Positions 50,507 through 59,350 of a DNA stretch of 64,000 bases are shown here, piece by piece (position 1 is the stretch's first letter; every line of letters starts with the position of its first letter). Position numbers and translations under genes: made by a program. The stretch is from Trueperaceae bacterium. Lineage in GTDB: Bacteria; Deinococcota; Deinococci; Deinococcales; Trueperaceae. The DNA lies in the NCBI GenBank assembly GCA_965215565.1, contig CBDCDZ010000004.1, positions 4,128,001-4,192,000 of the forward strand, written 5' to 3'. Below the pieces are notes generated by a model. The model was not told the DNA's origin and searched no databases. It saw only the letters and a list, made by a program, of their open reading frames with translations.

Positions 50507-51292
50507 ATGGCAACCGCTTACAGTTCTCTAGCTAAAAACGCCGCTCACGCCCCCGAAGATGGGGAGCGCATCATCGAAGTTGAAGGGCTCAACAAGTGGT
50601 TCGGCGACTTTCACGTGCTGAAAGACATCGAGCTTTCCGTCAATAGGGGAGAGGTCGTCGTAGTCATCGGTCCGTCGGGCTCGGGAAAGTCTACACTGAT
50701 TCGCTGTATCAATAGGCTCGAGGAGCACCAAGAGGGTAAGATTTTCGTCGATAAGGTTGAACTCACCGACGACGTGAAAAAAATCGACCAAATCCGCCGT
50801 GAGACGGGCATGGTCTTTCAGCAGTTCAACCTCTTTCCGCACCTGACCGTTATGGAGAACATCACCTTAGCGCCCATCCGCGTACGCGGATGGAAGAAGT
50901 CGAAGGCGGAGGAGCGGGCGCAGTACTTTTTAGGCAAGGTCGGCATCCCTGAACAGGCGAACAAGTACCCCGGTCAACTTTCGGGCGGTCAGCAGCAGCG
51001 CGTGGCGATTGCGCGGGCACTGACGATGGAGCCCAAAGTCATGCTCTTCGACGAACCCACCTCTGCGCTCGACCCCGAGGTCATCGGTGAGGTCTTAGAA
51101 GTCATGGTCAACCTGGCGCAAGAGGGGATGACGATGGTGGTGGTAACGCACGAGATGGGGTTTGCTCGCGAAGTGGGCAACCGCGTGATCTTCATGGACG
51201 CAGGGCAAATTGTAGAGGTGGGGAGCCCGGAGCACTTCTTCACGAATCCGCAAGAGGAGCGCACCAAGTCGTTTTTATCGAAGATTCTTTAG
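50507..51292 (+). CDS. Amino-acid ABC transporter ATP-binding protein (AapP/GlnQ-like)
   Basis: [16 protein letters not shown] and DEPTSALD motifs. Confidence 0.95.
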   Translation: MATAYSSLAKNAAHAPEDGERIIEVEGLNKWFGDFHVLKDIELSVNRGEVVVVIGPSGSGKSTLIRCINRLEEHQEGKIFVDKVELTDDVKKIDQIRRETGMVFQQFNLFPHLTVMENITLAPIRVRGWKKSKAEERAQYFLGKVGIPEQANKYPGQLSGGQQQRVAIARALTMEPKVMLFDEPTSALDPEVIGEVLEVMVNLAQEGMTMVVVTHEMGFAREVGNRVIFMDAGQIVEVGSPEHFFTNPQEERTKSFLSKIL

Positions 51293-51422
51293 ATTTTGCG
51301 TCCGACGCCGATGGACACCGGTGTTGTTGGTTTGAGACCGAATCGGGTCCGTAAGTTTTTCGTTCTGGGTACTCGAGCGTAGGGGTAGAAACAATTCTTT
51401 CTCTCGTTGAGCAGCACCCGCT

Positions 51423-51638
51423 TCACGCGGCTAAAAGTGCGTCCTTTGCCAGCTCGAGAAAAGAAATTGCCTGCTCACGGCTCACACCGGGAAAGCCGTC
51501 TAAAAACTCATCTAAGGTGTCGCCGCCCTCGAGATAATCCAATAAGTTTTGAACAGGCACACGTGTATCCGTAAGGACAGGCGTGCCGCCTAGAATCTCA
51601 GGGTCAGTGTGGTAGACCTCTTCGCGCGTCATCGGCAT
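51423..51638 (-). CDS. DUF433 domain antitoxin-like protein
   Basis: DPEILGGTPV..TRVPV...FPGV; followed by a truncated DUF5615-like start (GTG KRVLLNE). Confidence 0.85.
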   Translation of the reverse strand: MPMTREEVYHTDPEILGGTPVLTDTRVPVQNLLDYLEGGDTLDEFLDGFPGVSREQAISFLELAKDALLAA

Positions 51639-51958
51639 TAGGACGCCTTATCCAGTCGTTCGGCAATCCACTGATTCAGGCTTTTGCCCTCTTTTTTAGA
51701 AGAGGTGTACACCTTGCGGTGCAGTTCAGGCGATAAGCGGAGCATGAGCTTACCGGAAAAAGGCTTATCGGGCTCTTCTCCGCGTTCTTCGCAGAACTCG
51801 AGGTAGTCATCTACGGAACCCCTAAACGCTTGAGAAAGTTCGTCCACACTTTTACCTTGAAACGTCACTACATCGCGCAGGTCGAGCACTTCACCGCGAA
51901 AGATGCCCGCTTCGTCGTTAAATTCGACATGTCCCGTATATCCTTTGTAGTTCAACAT
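51638..51958 (-). CDS. HicB family antitoxin (no hicA adjacent)
   Basis: YKGYTG, VTFQG, SVDDYLEFC...PDKPFSGKLMLRLSPELH and SLNQW motifs. Confidence 0.88.
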   Translation of the reverse strand: MLNYKGYTGHVEFNDEAGIFRGEVLDLRDVVTFQGKSVDELSQAFRGSVDDYLEFCEERGEEPDKPFSGKLMLRLSPELHRKVYTSSKKEGKSLNQWIAERLDKAS

Positions 51959-51980
51959 TAGTGCACCTCAAAAACTAGGA

Positions 51981-52008
51981 TTGGCTCGAGTCGTGATAAC
52001 GCAACGCC
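51981..52008 (-). repeat. Array-2 junction repeat R1 (yoeB 3' end)
   Basis: TTGGCTCGAGTCGTGATAACGCAACGCC; minus strand reads ALRYHDSS. Confidence 0.75.
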
Positions 52009-52017
52009 GCACCATCT

Positions 52018-52311
52018 TTACTCGAGCCGTTCTCGCCAATAATTTGGCTTGCGATGACCGTGCGCTACAGCAGCGACGATGACACGCTCTTCGCGGATGA
52101 AATAAGCAACGTAGAAGGGGAAAACAGGACAGTTGACTCGTCTATAGCTGCCTTCACGTTCGCGCTAGAGCAGCGGGTCTGCGAGGATGCTCGTACAGAC
52201 CCTAAGCACCTCATCTCGAAACCGGACGCCGAGCCCCGCTTCTCTACTCTCGTAATAGGTTGCAGCCTCTAAAAATTCATCTCGAGCTTCGGGTAGGAAC
52301 TCTAGCGTCAC
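52018..52311 (-). pseudogene. RelE/ParE family toxin with an in-frame TAG
   Basis: MTLEFLPEARDEF...DPLL*REREG...FPFYVAY...VAHGHRKPNYWRERLE; stop at 52165-52167. Confidence 0.8.
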
Positions 52312-52543
52312 TTCGCTAAACGCTTATCAATCTCTTGGAAGACCTGAGAGGCGGAAAGACTCTGTACATCTCCTCCGTCGTAAGCTTGAATGCGACGCTG
52401 AATTTCAGCATCCCAAGCCGCTTCAACCTCTTTAGCTTCTTGTGGCTCGAGGCTACTCAGTAAGCGGTGCGCAAGCGTGAGGCGCTGGTCTTCTGGAAGG
52501 GTCAGTGCGTCACTCGTAAGGGTATCAATCGTCTTTTGCATAG
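52308..52543 (-). CDS. Addiction-module antitoxin
   Basis: ALTLPEDQRLTLA..LL.SL...AWDAEIQRR; leaderless TACAAT-N6-ATG sets the start at MQKTI. Confidence 0.82.
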
Positions 52544-52572
52544 AGACATTGTAGCACTGAGGGTTGGAGAGG

Positions 52573-52712
52573 TTAGCTCGAGCCGTAATACCGCAACGCC
52601 ACGATATGCAGCTCATTTCCCTGTACGCGGTAAACCAGCCTGTGTCCATCCGTAATGCGCTGTAACCACCAGCCGGAGAGGTTGTATTTTAGCGCTCTGG
52701 GTTTGCCTAGCC
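52573..52712 (-). pseudogene. Txe/YoeB toxin C-terminal remnant (junction repeat R2)
   Basis: Reads LGKPRALKYNLSGWWLQRITDGHRLVYRVQGNELHIVALRYYGSS*. Confidence 0.85.
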
Positions 52713-52713
52713 A

Positions 52714-54411
52714 TCAAGTATTGAAAGGGGCTTTCCAAACTGTCGTAGCTAAATCGGCTAATTTTTCTTGTCGTTTTTTAAGCGTTAGTGGTGTCCACTC
52801 GTTATATATACTTCTCTCACTCGTTAGCTTGTAAACGCTTTCTCTGTAAATAGGAAGCTTCTGCTCATAAGGCTTGTTGGCACACACCTTATTTTTCTGC
52901 GGTTCAAGTAAGGTTAGGTTGCCTATTCTTTGCGTCGCTTTATCTTGCTCTTCCGGTGAAAAGAAAACGCCCCAGGCTTCCGAAGCATTTTCAGGTAATA
53001 TGTGCTCTATTGTAGCTTTCATGTTGTCACTGTAATCATACGCCGTAGAAGCCAGTTGGTTTTCAAGCTCAAAGAGAATATAGCGTATTAAATTATTGTT
53101 ACGCTGGAGTGTTTTTAGAGCAAAGTTAGCTTTGAACCGCTCGTCATCTATGTAGATAGATTTTAGCTCTGTAAAAATATTGCTAGCATTTGCTAAACGT
53201 CCCGAAGTCACCTTGACGGCTGCTCTATGGTAAACATCCTCGAGAAGGTTGGGGTTCAGTCCGCTAATGACATTGTAGCGAAAAGAGATAGCAACGCAGA
53301 GCCTTAACAACTTAGTAAACTCTTGAGAGTCGAGCTTTCGGTAGGCGGCGAGGAGAAGAGGATAGCACTGCCTAACTCTAAAAAGGTCAAGTGCATCTAT
53401 CCACTTGACCTGCTCTTTCTCCCAAAGGTCATCAGCAGGTTTCGATAGCGCGACAAATACTTCAACGAGGTCTTCTAAATCTTCTAGGAGACTAAAGACG
53501 CTCTCTCTAGTCGTGATAGTTGATTTTATTGCCTTAAACAGTGTTTGCTTGCGCTGAAAAGAATATTTTGAATTCCAGTAATAGCGTAGAAAAGAAGGAA
53601 AGTCCTTATTGCTCAAACTGTCGTTGATGCTCTGCCACTGTCTTTCCGCCTCTTCAAGGTCCGCCTCACCTCCTCTAGCAGCAACGGAGAAGAGGAAATT
53701 TTTAAGTAGGTCTGTCGTTGAGAGACGCACGCCTCGAGCGTTGAGCGTCTCAAAAACCTTATAAGCATTGAGGTCATCTGCCACTGTTATTGTTGTAAAA
53801 ACTAGTTTATCGGCTACCGTCTTCTCTAGGAACTCTGTAAGCATAGCGCCATCTCGTTCATCCTCGAACCGCTCTTTAAGTCGCTCGTAAAGATATTCGA
53901 GAGCTTCCCAAAGTAGCCTTTGAGACGGTTTCAATTTGCGTCTATTCGTGGGAGGACGCAAACGCAGTAAGCGACTTTGATAAAAGTCATCATTGTTGCG
54001 ATTCAGAAAAAGCTTGCTTCTCAACATTAGTGAAGAGACATCTGTTTGACTGATAAACCTGCTCGTTAAGAGTTCTTGACGTTGCTGATTCTGATCTGAC
54101 GAAATTCCTTCATCTGCCCAATCTCCTAATAGCTTGATGACAGCAAGTACTAAAATACTGAGTGTTGTGATTCGCTGCTGCCCATCAATAATAATGAAAT
54201 TGCGGTTGTCATCGCTCTGCAAAACTACGTAGCCCATGTAGTGAAAGGTTTCTTCTCCCCTGGAGACCTCTAAAATATCCAGCCACAGGTCTTCCCACTG
54301 TTCCTCTGCCCATGAGTAATCACGCTGATAAGGAGGAACCCTAAAAACCCGCCCATTACTTATGAGATCATTGAAAGTGGCTGTGCCTGTAGGTAAAAGA
54401 ACCGTTGCCAT
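52714..54411 (-). CDS. DUF262-DUF1524 (GmrSD-like) HNH nuclease
   Basis: VPPYQRDYSW, IDGQQR, FETLNARG, IEHILP and IGNLTLL..N motifs; low GC. Confidence 0.88.
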   Translation of the reverse strand: MATVLLPTGTATFNDLISNGRVFRVPPYQRDYSWAEEQWEDLWLDILEVSRGEETFHYMGYVVLQSDDNRNFIIIDGQQRITTLSILVLAVIKLLGDWADEGISSDQNQQRQELLTSRFISQTDVSSLMLRSKLFLNRNNDDFYQSRLLRLRPPTNRRKLKPSQRLLWEALEYLYERLKERFEDERDGAMLTEFLEKTVADKLVFTTITVADDLNAYKVFETLNARGVRLSTTDLLKNFLFSVAARGGEADLEEAERQWQSINDSLSNKDFPSFLRYYWNSKYSFQRKQTLFKAIKSTITTRESVFSLLEDLEDLVEVFVALSKPADDLWEKEQVKWIDALDLFRVRQCYPLLLAAYRKLDSQEFTKLLRLCVAISFRYNVISGLNPNLLEDVYHRAAVKVTSGRLANASNIFTELKSIYIDDERFKANFALKTLQRNNNLIRYILFELENQLASTAYDYSDNMKATIEHILPENASEAWGVFFSPEEQDKATQRIGNLTLLEPQKNKVCANKPYEQKLPIYRESVYKLTSERSIYNEWTPLTLKKRQEKLADLATTVWKAPFNT

Positions 54412-54518
54412 CTATATGTTGATTCTACAAAAGTATTGTGTATTCTGTCTGCAAGTCAGCGTCATACGCTTTTGGTAGATGCTCGAGCATCGTTTCCTCA
54501 CCTCTTTACTTCCGAGCG

Positions 54519-54633
54519 TTGGCTCGAGCCGTGATACCGCAACGCCACGATATGCAGCTCAGTTAGATTTTCTCTTTTCAAAGTCTCGAGTCGCTTCTAA
54601 GAGGCGTTCGGCGTTGGCGGGGCTGCGCAGCAA
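54519..54633 (-). repeat. Array-2 junction repeat R3 (yefM 3' end fused to yoeB 3' end)
   Basis: Nearly identical to 55699-55813; reads LLRSPANAERLLEATRDFEKRKSN* and then ELHIVALRYHGSS. Confidence 0.9.
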
Positions 54634-54649
54634 ATGGTATGTCTAAAGT

Positions 54650-54931
54650 GTGCCGTTCGAACTGACGATTGCGCCAAGTATCGAAGAGAAGATTTGGACG
54701 AAGCACCGCGTTTTACCTGACGAGGTTCGCGAAACGCTAGACGACCCTACCCTGCGGCGCTTTCTCGTTAAGCGCAACCGTAAAGCGAGGGAGATAACCT
54801 ACCTGTATGTAGGATTGACCTATACGGATAGGCTCTTGAGGTCTATCATCATCCACAAGCCGGACGGGTCAGCCTACCTAAAGACCTCACTTGATGCGTT
54901 CAAGCAAGACCGAATCGGCTATAATAGGTAA
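54650..54931 (+). CDS. BrnT-like toxin (putative)
   Basis: EKIWTKH.V...EVRE, YLYVGLT...RLL pattern; paired with a small acidic protein. Confidence 0.6.
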   Translation: MPFELTIAPSIEEKIWTKHRVLPDEVRETLDDPTLRRFLVKRNRKAREITYLYVGLTYTDRLLRSIIIHKPDGSAYLKTSLDAFKQDRIGYNR

Positions 54932-54933
54932 AG

Positions 54934-55116
54934 ATGAGTGACGTTCTAAATCGCCGCGATACTGAGCACAGAGTCATCACCGACCCCGAGGACTTGCCCA
55001 ACTTCGACCTCATGTCGGATGATGAGGTTATGGCATGGTGGGAGCGTCATGAGGTCAGCGCGGAGATTCTAGCCTCTTTGGAAGACACGGGCGAAGAGAT
55101 AGACTTCGACTTTTAG
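54934..55116 (+). CDS. Short acidic antitoxin-like protein (CopG/BrnA N-terminal-like)
   Basis: LPNF..MSDDE..AWWERHEV pattern; lacks a C-terminal RHH. Confidence 0.5.
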   Translation: MSDVLNRRDTEHRVITDPEDLPNFDLMSDDEVMAWWERHEVSAEILASLEDTGEEIDFDF

Positions 55117-55168
55117 GGCGAATAGGGCTGAAAACTTTTGAAGTGTGGGCTCGAGCCAGGTTTGAGGG

Positions 55169-55211
55169 TTAGCTCGAGCCTCAATACCGCAACGCCACCG
55201 TATGAGACTCA
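55169..55211 (-). repeat. Array-2 junction repeat R4 (yoeB 3' end)
   Basis: TTAGCTCGAGCCTCAATACCGCAACGCCAC, identical to the start of R5. Confidence 0.85.
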
Positions 55212-55460
55212 ACTTATCAGCCTGTCATACTCAGCGTGGCTACCAATCCAGACCCAGATGAAATCGTCGCCGTCTTTCACGGCTAAAGCTCGGTAGCTGA
55301 GACCAACGCGCACCGACCAATAACCACCCACTTCCTTGAAATGCAGCGACGGATGCCTAGGGTTCTCTTTAAGCAGCTCGAAGTTCTTACGGGCAAGTCT
55401 TTGAACGTTTTCACTCAGCGCATCAAAACGCTTCCAAAACTGCGGCGTAGTGCGGTGCAC
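55209..55460 (-). CDS. RelE-superfamily toxin
   Basis: FWKRFDAL, NPRHPSLHFK, WSVRVGLSYRAL and WIGSHAEYD motifs. Confidence 0.82.
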   Translation of the reverse strand: MHRTTPQFWKRFDALSENVQRLARKNFELLKENPRHPSLHFKEVGGYWSVRVGLSYRALAVKDGDDFIWVWIGSHAEYDRLIS

Positions 55461-55661
55461 CTACAAGTCCCGCAGTTCACCCTTGGCTTTAGCCGCCTTC
55501 GCCTCTTCCCGCAGAAACTCGAGTTTGCCCGCCGCCGCATCCTTCTCTATCTGCTCATCCCACTGTCGCCAATCTCTTTCGGCGAACCATTCGCGCAGAT
55601 GGATAAAGTCTTCGGCTGGTAAGGCTTCAATTTCGGCTTTGAGATGATCAACTTGAGACAT
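55461..55661 (-). CDS. Putative antitoxin
   Basis: 66 aa, WDEQIEKDAAAGKL; directly upstream of the toxin; leaderless TATAAT-N5-ATG. Confidence 0.72.
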   Translation of the reverse strand: MSQVDHLKAEIEALPAEDFIHLREWFAERDWRQWDEQIEKDAAAGKLEFLREEAKAAKAKGELRDL

Positions 55662-55698
55662 AGGTGATTATACGCGAAGTTAGAGAAGAGGTCAGGTT

Positions 55699-55971
55699 TT
55701 AGCTCGAGCCTCAATACCGCAACGCCACGACATGCAGCTCAGTTAGATTTTCTCTTTTCAAAGTCTCGAGTCGCTTCTAAGAGGCGTTCGGCGTTAGCGG
55801 GGCTACGCAGTAAGACCATTGTCTCCTGCCGAGCGTTCCAATCGTCCAAGCTCATCATGACCACAGCCTTGTCGCTGCCTTTGGTGATGATGAGGGGGTG
55901 TGGTCGTCCACAACCTCATCTACTGCGTTGGCTAGGTTCTTGCGGGCTGTGGTGTAACCGAGGATTTTCGT
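55699..55971 (-). pseudogene. YefM/Phd antitoxin pseudogene plus yoeB 3' end (junction repeat R5)
   Basis: ACG in place of ATG; YTTARKNLANAVDEVVDDHTP / -1 frameshift / IITKGSDKAVVMMSLDDWNARQETMVLLRSPANAERL. Confidence 0.85.
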
Positions 55972-55975
55972 AGAA

Positions 55976-57394
55976 TTAACTGCTTTTCACCTTTTTAGTC
56001 GAAGGAAGCTTCGGAAACTCAACAACCTGCCCTGCCCCCGTCTTAATTGCTCCTCGACACTGCTTCGCGAAATCCTTATCGTCATTCTCTTTCAAATACT
56101 TAGCTGGACCGAACAAGTCGATAGTGCGGATCAAAGCAATTTTAGAACGCTGTGCCCCGCTCAAACACTTTGTCGTGAAAAATTCTTTCCTCGTATTTGG
56201 TTTATCGAAGCGATAGGCGTTGCCGAAAAGAACGCCGTTTGCGTACTCGTCAACTTCTTCTCTTGCAAAATCCTCCTGTAATTCTCTCTCAAGTTGGCTC
56301 AACTTATCTATATTGATAGCTTTGTTATCCCTTCCTTCAGCTTCACCTATGAATCTACCTTCCTCACTTACAAATACTGCATCGAACTCGGACTCATCGT
56401 TTTGATAATTCTCAGCCTCAAAACCAAAGAGCTTCAGCGCTTCGATAATGGCTGACTCTAGCGGTTTTCCTTTTTCGAACAGTACATCACGAAGAGAACC
56501 CTCTTTTCGAAGTTCTTCTTGAAGGATAGTACGCTCAGTATTTAGATTTTCAATTTTATTCGTTATGTTTATTATCTCTTCTTGAAGAGCCACTTCACTC
56601 TCGAGATTGAACTTGGAGTCTTGAGTCCAATCTGGTGGCGGAGTGACCTCACTTCTCGTTTTCAACGCTTTATCTACTTGTACAAGGGCTGTAACTAATC
56701 TTTTAGTAAATGCTTTACCCTTCTCATTCTCAATGTACTCATCTGTTTCTTCGTCGTAGTCGGATAGCTCTTCAATATCGTAGTCAAGTGAAGGCAACAG
56801 CACTAAGTGCCCTTTACCTACTGACAATATAGAACCTACAGTTTTGCCACCAGATTTAGTTGCAAGAATAGGAAGTCCAACTGGTTTATCTAAATATGCT
56901 TTGTATTCGGAATGCTCGCCGAAATCTTTCCAGTAAGTTGTGAGCGGTCCCAACTCTGCTAATGCCTTAATCTTCTCTCCACTACGAGAGATGAGATGAT
57001 CAAGCTTAATAGGTAGAATCTCGTAATTATTGTGGGGCTCAACATGCTGAGTTGTCACTCTGTTTTTTCCCGTTCCAGAGAATGATTTATTCCCTGTATA
57101 TGCGTAAAACGTATTCCTAGCTCCTAAGAAGAAAAAAACTGTTTTACCCCCTTCTAATGCGTTCTTTATCTCTATACGCCAGTGCGATAGAGCTTCAACG
57201 GTTCGAAAAGATAAAGATTGACTTAGGAGGGGTTTACCGCCGTATTGCTCGCTTGAATAAAGTATAAGGTCTATTTCTGGACTAGCTAGGATAATGTCAG
57301 CGTCCAAAAGAGATCGACTAGAGAAAAAGCCAATTTGCTCGTCTCCATCCGAAAGAATTTCTACGTTAAGCGAGAAAATGGCTCGTTTTGCCAT
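55976..57394 (-). CDS. Low-GC hypothetical protein with a coiled coil and a C-terminal PD-(D/E)xK-like region
   Basis: LESAIIEALKLFGF...EFDAVF....RFIGEAEG pattern resembles Mrr-like nucleases; 472 aa. Confidence 0.6.
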   Translation of the reverse strand: MAKRAIFSLNVEILSDGDEQIGFFSSRSLLDADIILASPEIDLILYSSEQYGGKPLLSQSLSFRTVEALSHWRIEIKNALEGGKTVFFFLGARNTFYAYTGNKSFSGTGKNRVTTQHVEPHNNYEILPIKLDHLISRSGEKIKALAELGPLTTYWKDFGEHSEYKAYLDKPVGLPILATKSGGKTVGSILSVGKGHLVLLPSLDYDIEELSDYDEETDEYIENEKGKAFTKRLVTALVQVDKALKTRSEVTPPPDWTQDSKFNLESEVALQEEIINITNKIENLNTERTILQEELRKEGSLRDVLFEKGKPLESAIIEALKLFGFEAENYQNDESEFDAVFVSEEGRFIGEAEGRDNKAINIDKLSQLERELQEDFAREEVDEYANGVLFGNAYRFDKPNTRKEFFTTKCLSGAQRSKIALIRTIDLFGPAKYLKENDDKDFAKQCRGAIKTGAGQVVEFPKLPSTKKVKSS

Positions 57395-57459
57395 TCCATA
57401 ACCCCCTTATAAACATCAGGTGTTAGATGGCGCTACACATAAAGCAACGCACCTCTACT

Positions 57460-59322
57460 TCACCCCAATACATCCAACGCCTCCTCATCCCCCACCTCCT
57501 CCAACACCTCTTTCCGCCGCGTCGCCCACGCCGGAAAAGGAAAACTCAGCATCAAGGGGCTCGGCACGTCGGGCTGGTGCACCACCATCGTACCGGGGGC
57601 GAGGATGGTGGCGCGGGAGCGGAAGGTGGCGGGCATGAAGCGGTATTCACTGCGTTCGGACTCGGCGGCGTCTAAGCGTCCGACGATGCGCACGGCGGCG
57701 TTGGCGACGATGCGGCGCTCCACTTCGGAGGCGGTCTGCTGCGCCCCGATGAGGACGATGCCCATGCTGCGCCCGCGCTCAGCGATGTCTAGGAGCACGT
57801 CTTTGATGGGGCTGTCCCCCTCGGCGGGCGCGTACTTGTTCAGCTCGTCTAAGACGACAAAGACTTGACCCTTGCTATTGCGCGACTCCTGCACGCCGAA
57901 GACCTGTTTTAAGAGGACGCCGACAACGAACATCTGCGCTAAGGGCGCGAGGTTGTGGATGTCCACGACGTGAACTTGTTTTTCACTGTTCAAGATGTCG
58001 AGGCGGCTGCGGCTGACCTCTTTTTGGGACAAGTCGCCGCGAATGAGGTGGCGCAGGTGCTTAGACGCGCCGCGCAGACGGCGGATGAAGGCTTCGCGGG
58101 TGGCTTTGGCTTGGTTGGCGGTCCAGGCACGGTTGCCGCCTTTGCTGCTCTCTTCGTCTTCGGCTCCCTCGAGCAGCAGCTTGTACTCGATGTAGTCCAC
58201 CAGCTCTAAAAAGGTCGTGAGGCGCGGCTTATGCGAAGAGGTCATGAAGTCTTCTGCGCCGAGCGCGTCCGTTTCGCTGATGCGTCCGACTTGTTCTTGA
58301 CCGGGGCGGTAGCCGGTGTCTTCGTCGGCGACCTCGAGGTAAGGTCCGCGCTGCTTTTCGGCGAGCTTGGCGAGCTTTTCCTCCAAGTGGCTGACCAAAA
58401 AGCCCAAGTTCGTCATCGCGTCGCGGTCGGTCAGGACGAAAGGCAGCATCCGCTCGGCGGCGAAGTCGCGCAGGGTCCAGAGGTACGGCGAGACGCCCTC
58501 GCGGGTCTCCACATCGGCGCGAAGGGTGCTTCCCTCTCGAGCAGGTGCGTGCAGGGCGACGCTCGGAAACGGACCTACCGGCAAATCACAGATTTGAAAA
58601 CGGGTCTCCGCGCTCTTGCGCTTCTCCTGCCACTTTCGCTCGGTCTCGACGAAGTCCTTGTTCTCCTTGTCCAAAAAGAGCAGGTCTTCGCCCTTGACGT
58701 TGAAGATGATGGCTTTGGTGGCGTTCGGGTTGGTGAGGAGGCTGCCGCCCCGCTCGCGGTGCTGGGCGTTGAAGATGCTGTAGAGCAGAAAGAGCGCGTA
58801 AGAGGTCTTCGTGGCGATGCCCGAGATACCCGAGATGTTGATGTGTGCGCCCTTTTGCCCGCTGATGAAGTCGTAGTTGAGGTAGCCGGGCTCGCCGTTG
58901 CGCAGGACGCCTGCGGGGAGGGGCGCGTCCATATTGTCGAGGTAGAGGGCTTTTTCTAACGCCGTATCCGTCGCCATGTAGACCAAATCGCCAGGACCGG
59001 GCGGGATGAAGTCTTCGGGTTCGACCCTGGTCACCAAGATGTGCGCGGCATATGCGATATTCGCGGGCATCAACCCTTGCGTCACGAGCGCCGTGTCCCC
59101 GTCGAACTGCACGCCTTCAAAGCGGCGGCGCACCTCGTCCACGACACCGTAAAAGGTCACGGCTTCGTCCTCGTCCGAGGGGTCTTGCACCTTGACGGTC
59201 AAGATGTCGTCGAGCTGGATTTTGACGCCGTCCTCGACGGCGATCCAGAATTGGAGAGGTGTCGCATCTTCAGTTCCGAGTACCATTCCAATGGGAGTTT
59301 CGCTGTTCAATTTAGAGGTCAT
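57460..59322 (-). CDS. herA: HerA-family ATPase/helicase
   Basis: N-terminal HAS-barrel-like region; HINISGISGIATKT, LDELNKYAP, RGRSMG and GAQQ motifs; downstream of nurA. Confidence 0.85.
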   Translation of the reverse strand: MTSKLNSETPIGMVLGTEDATPLQFWIAVEDGVKIQLDDILTVKVQDPSDEDEAVTFYGVVDEVRRRFEGVQFDGDTALVTQGLMPANIAYAAHILVTRVEPEDFIPPGPGDLVYMATDTALEKALYLDNMDAPLPAGVLRNGEPGYLNYDFISGQKGAHINISGISGIATKTSYALFLLYSIFNAQHRERGGSLLTNPNATKAIIFNVKGEDLLFLDKENKDFVETERKWQEKRKSAETRFQICDLPVGPFPSVALHAPAREGSTLRADVETREGVSPYLWTLRDFAAERMLPFVLTDRDAMTNLGFLVSHLEEKLAKLAEKQRGPYLEVADEDTGYRPGQEQVGRISETDALGAEDFMTSSHKPRLTTFLELVDYIEYKLLLEGAEDEESSKGGNRAWTANQAKATREAFIRRLRGASKHLRHLIRGDLSQKEVSRSRLDILNSEKQVHVVDIHNLAPLAQMFVVGVLLKQVFGVQESRNSKGQVFVVLDELNKYAPAEGDSPIKDVLLDIAERGRSMGIVLIGAQQTASEVERRIVANAAVRIVGRLDAAESERSEYRFMPATFRSRATILAPGTMVVHQPDVPSPLMLSFPFPAWATRRKEVLEEVGDEEALDVLG

Positions 59323-59350
59323 GCGGTCTCCAGAAGATTGCAATAGACTA

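Noticed and set aside
4902..52649. Longest-ORF starts at 4902, 8989, 9623, 28006, 29723, 42042, 49139 and 52649
   Set aside because: RBS or leaderless -10 evidence and domain boundaries favour downstream starts, and some extensions run through other genes or pseudogene remnants.
51981..55740. CRISPR array interpretation of the GCTCGAGCC...CGCAACGCC repeats
   Set aside because: Spacing is 0.5-2 kb and contains whole genes, the repeats vary in length and translate as YoeB, and there are no cas genes.
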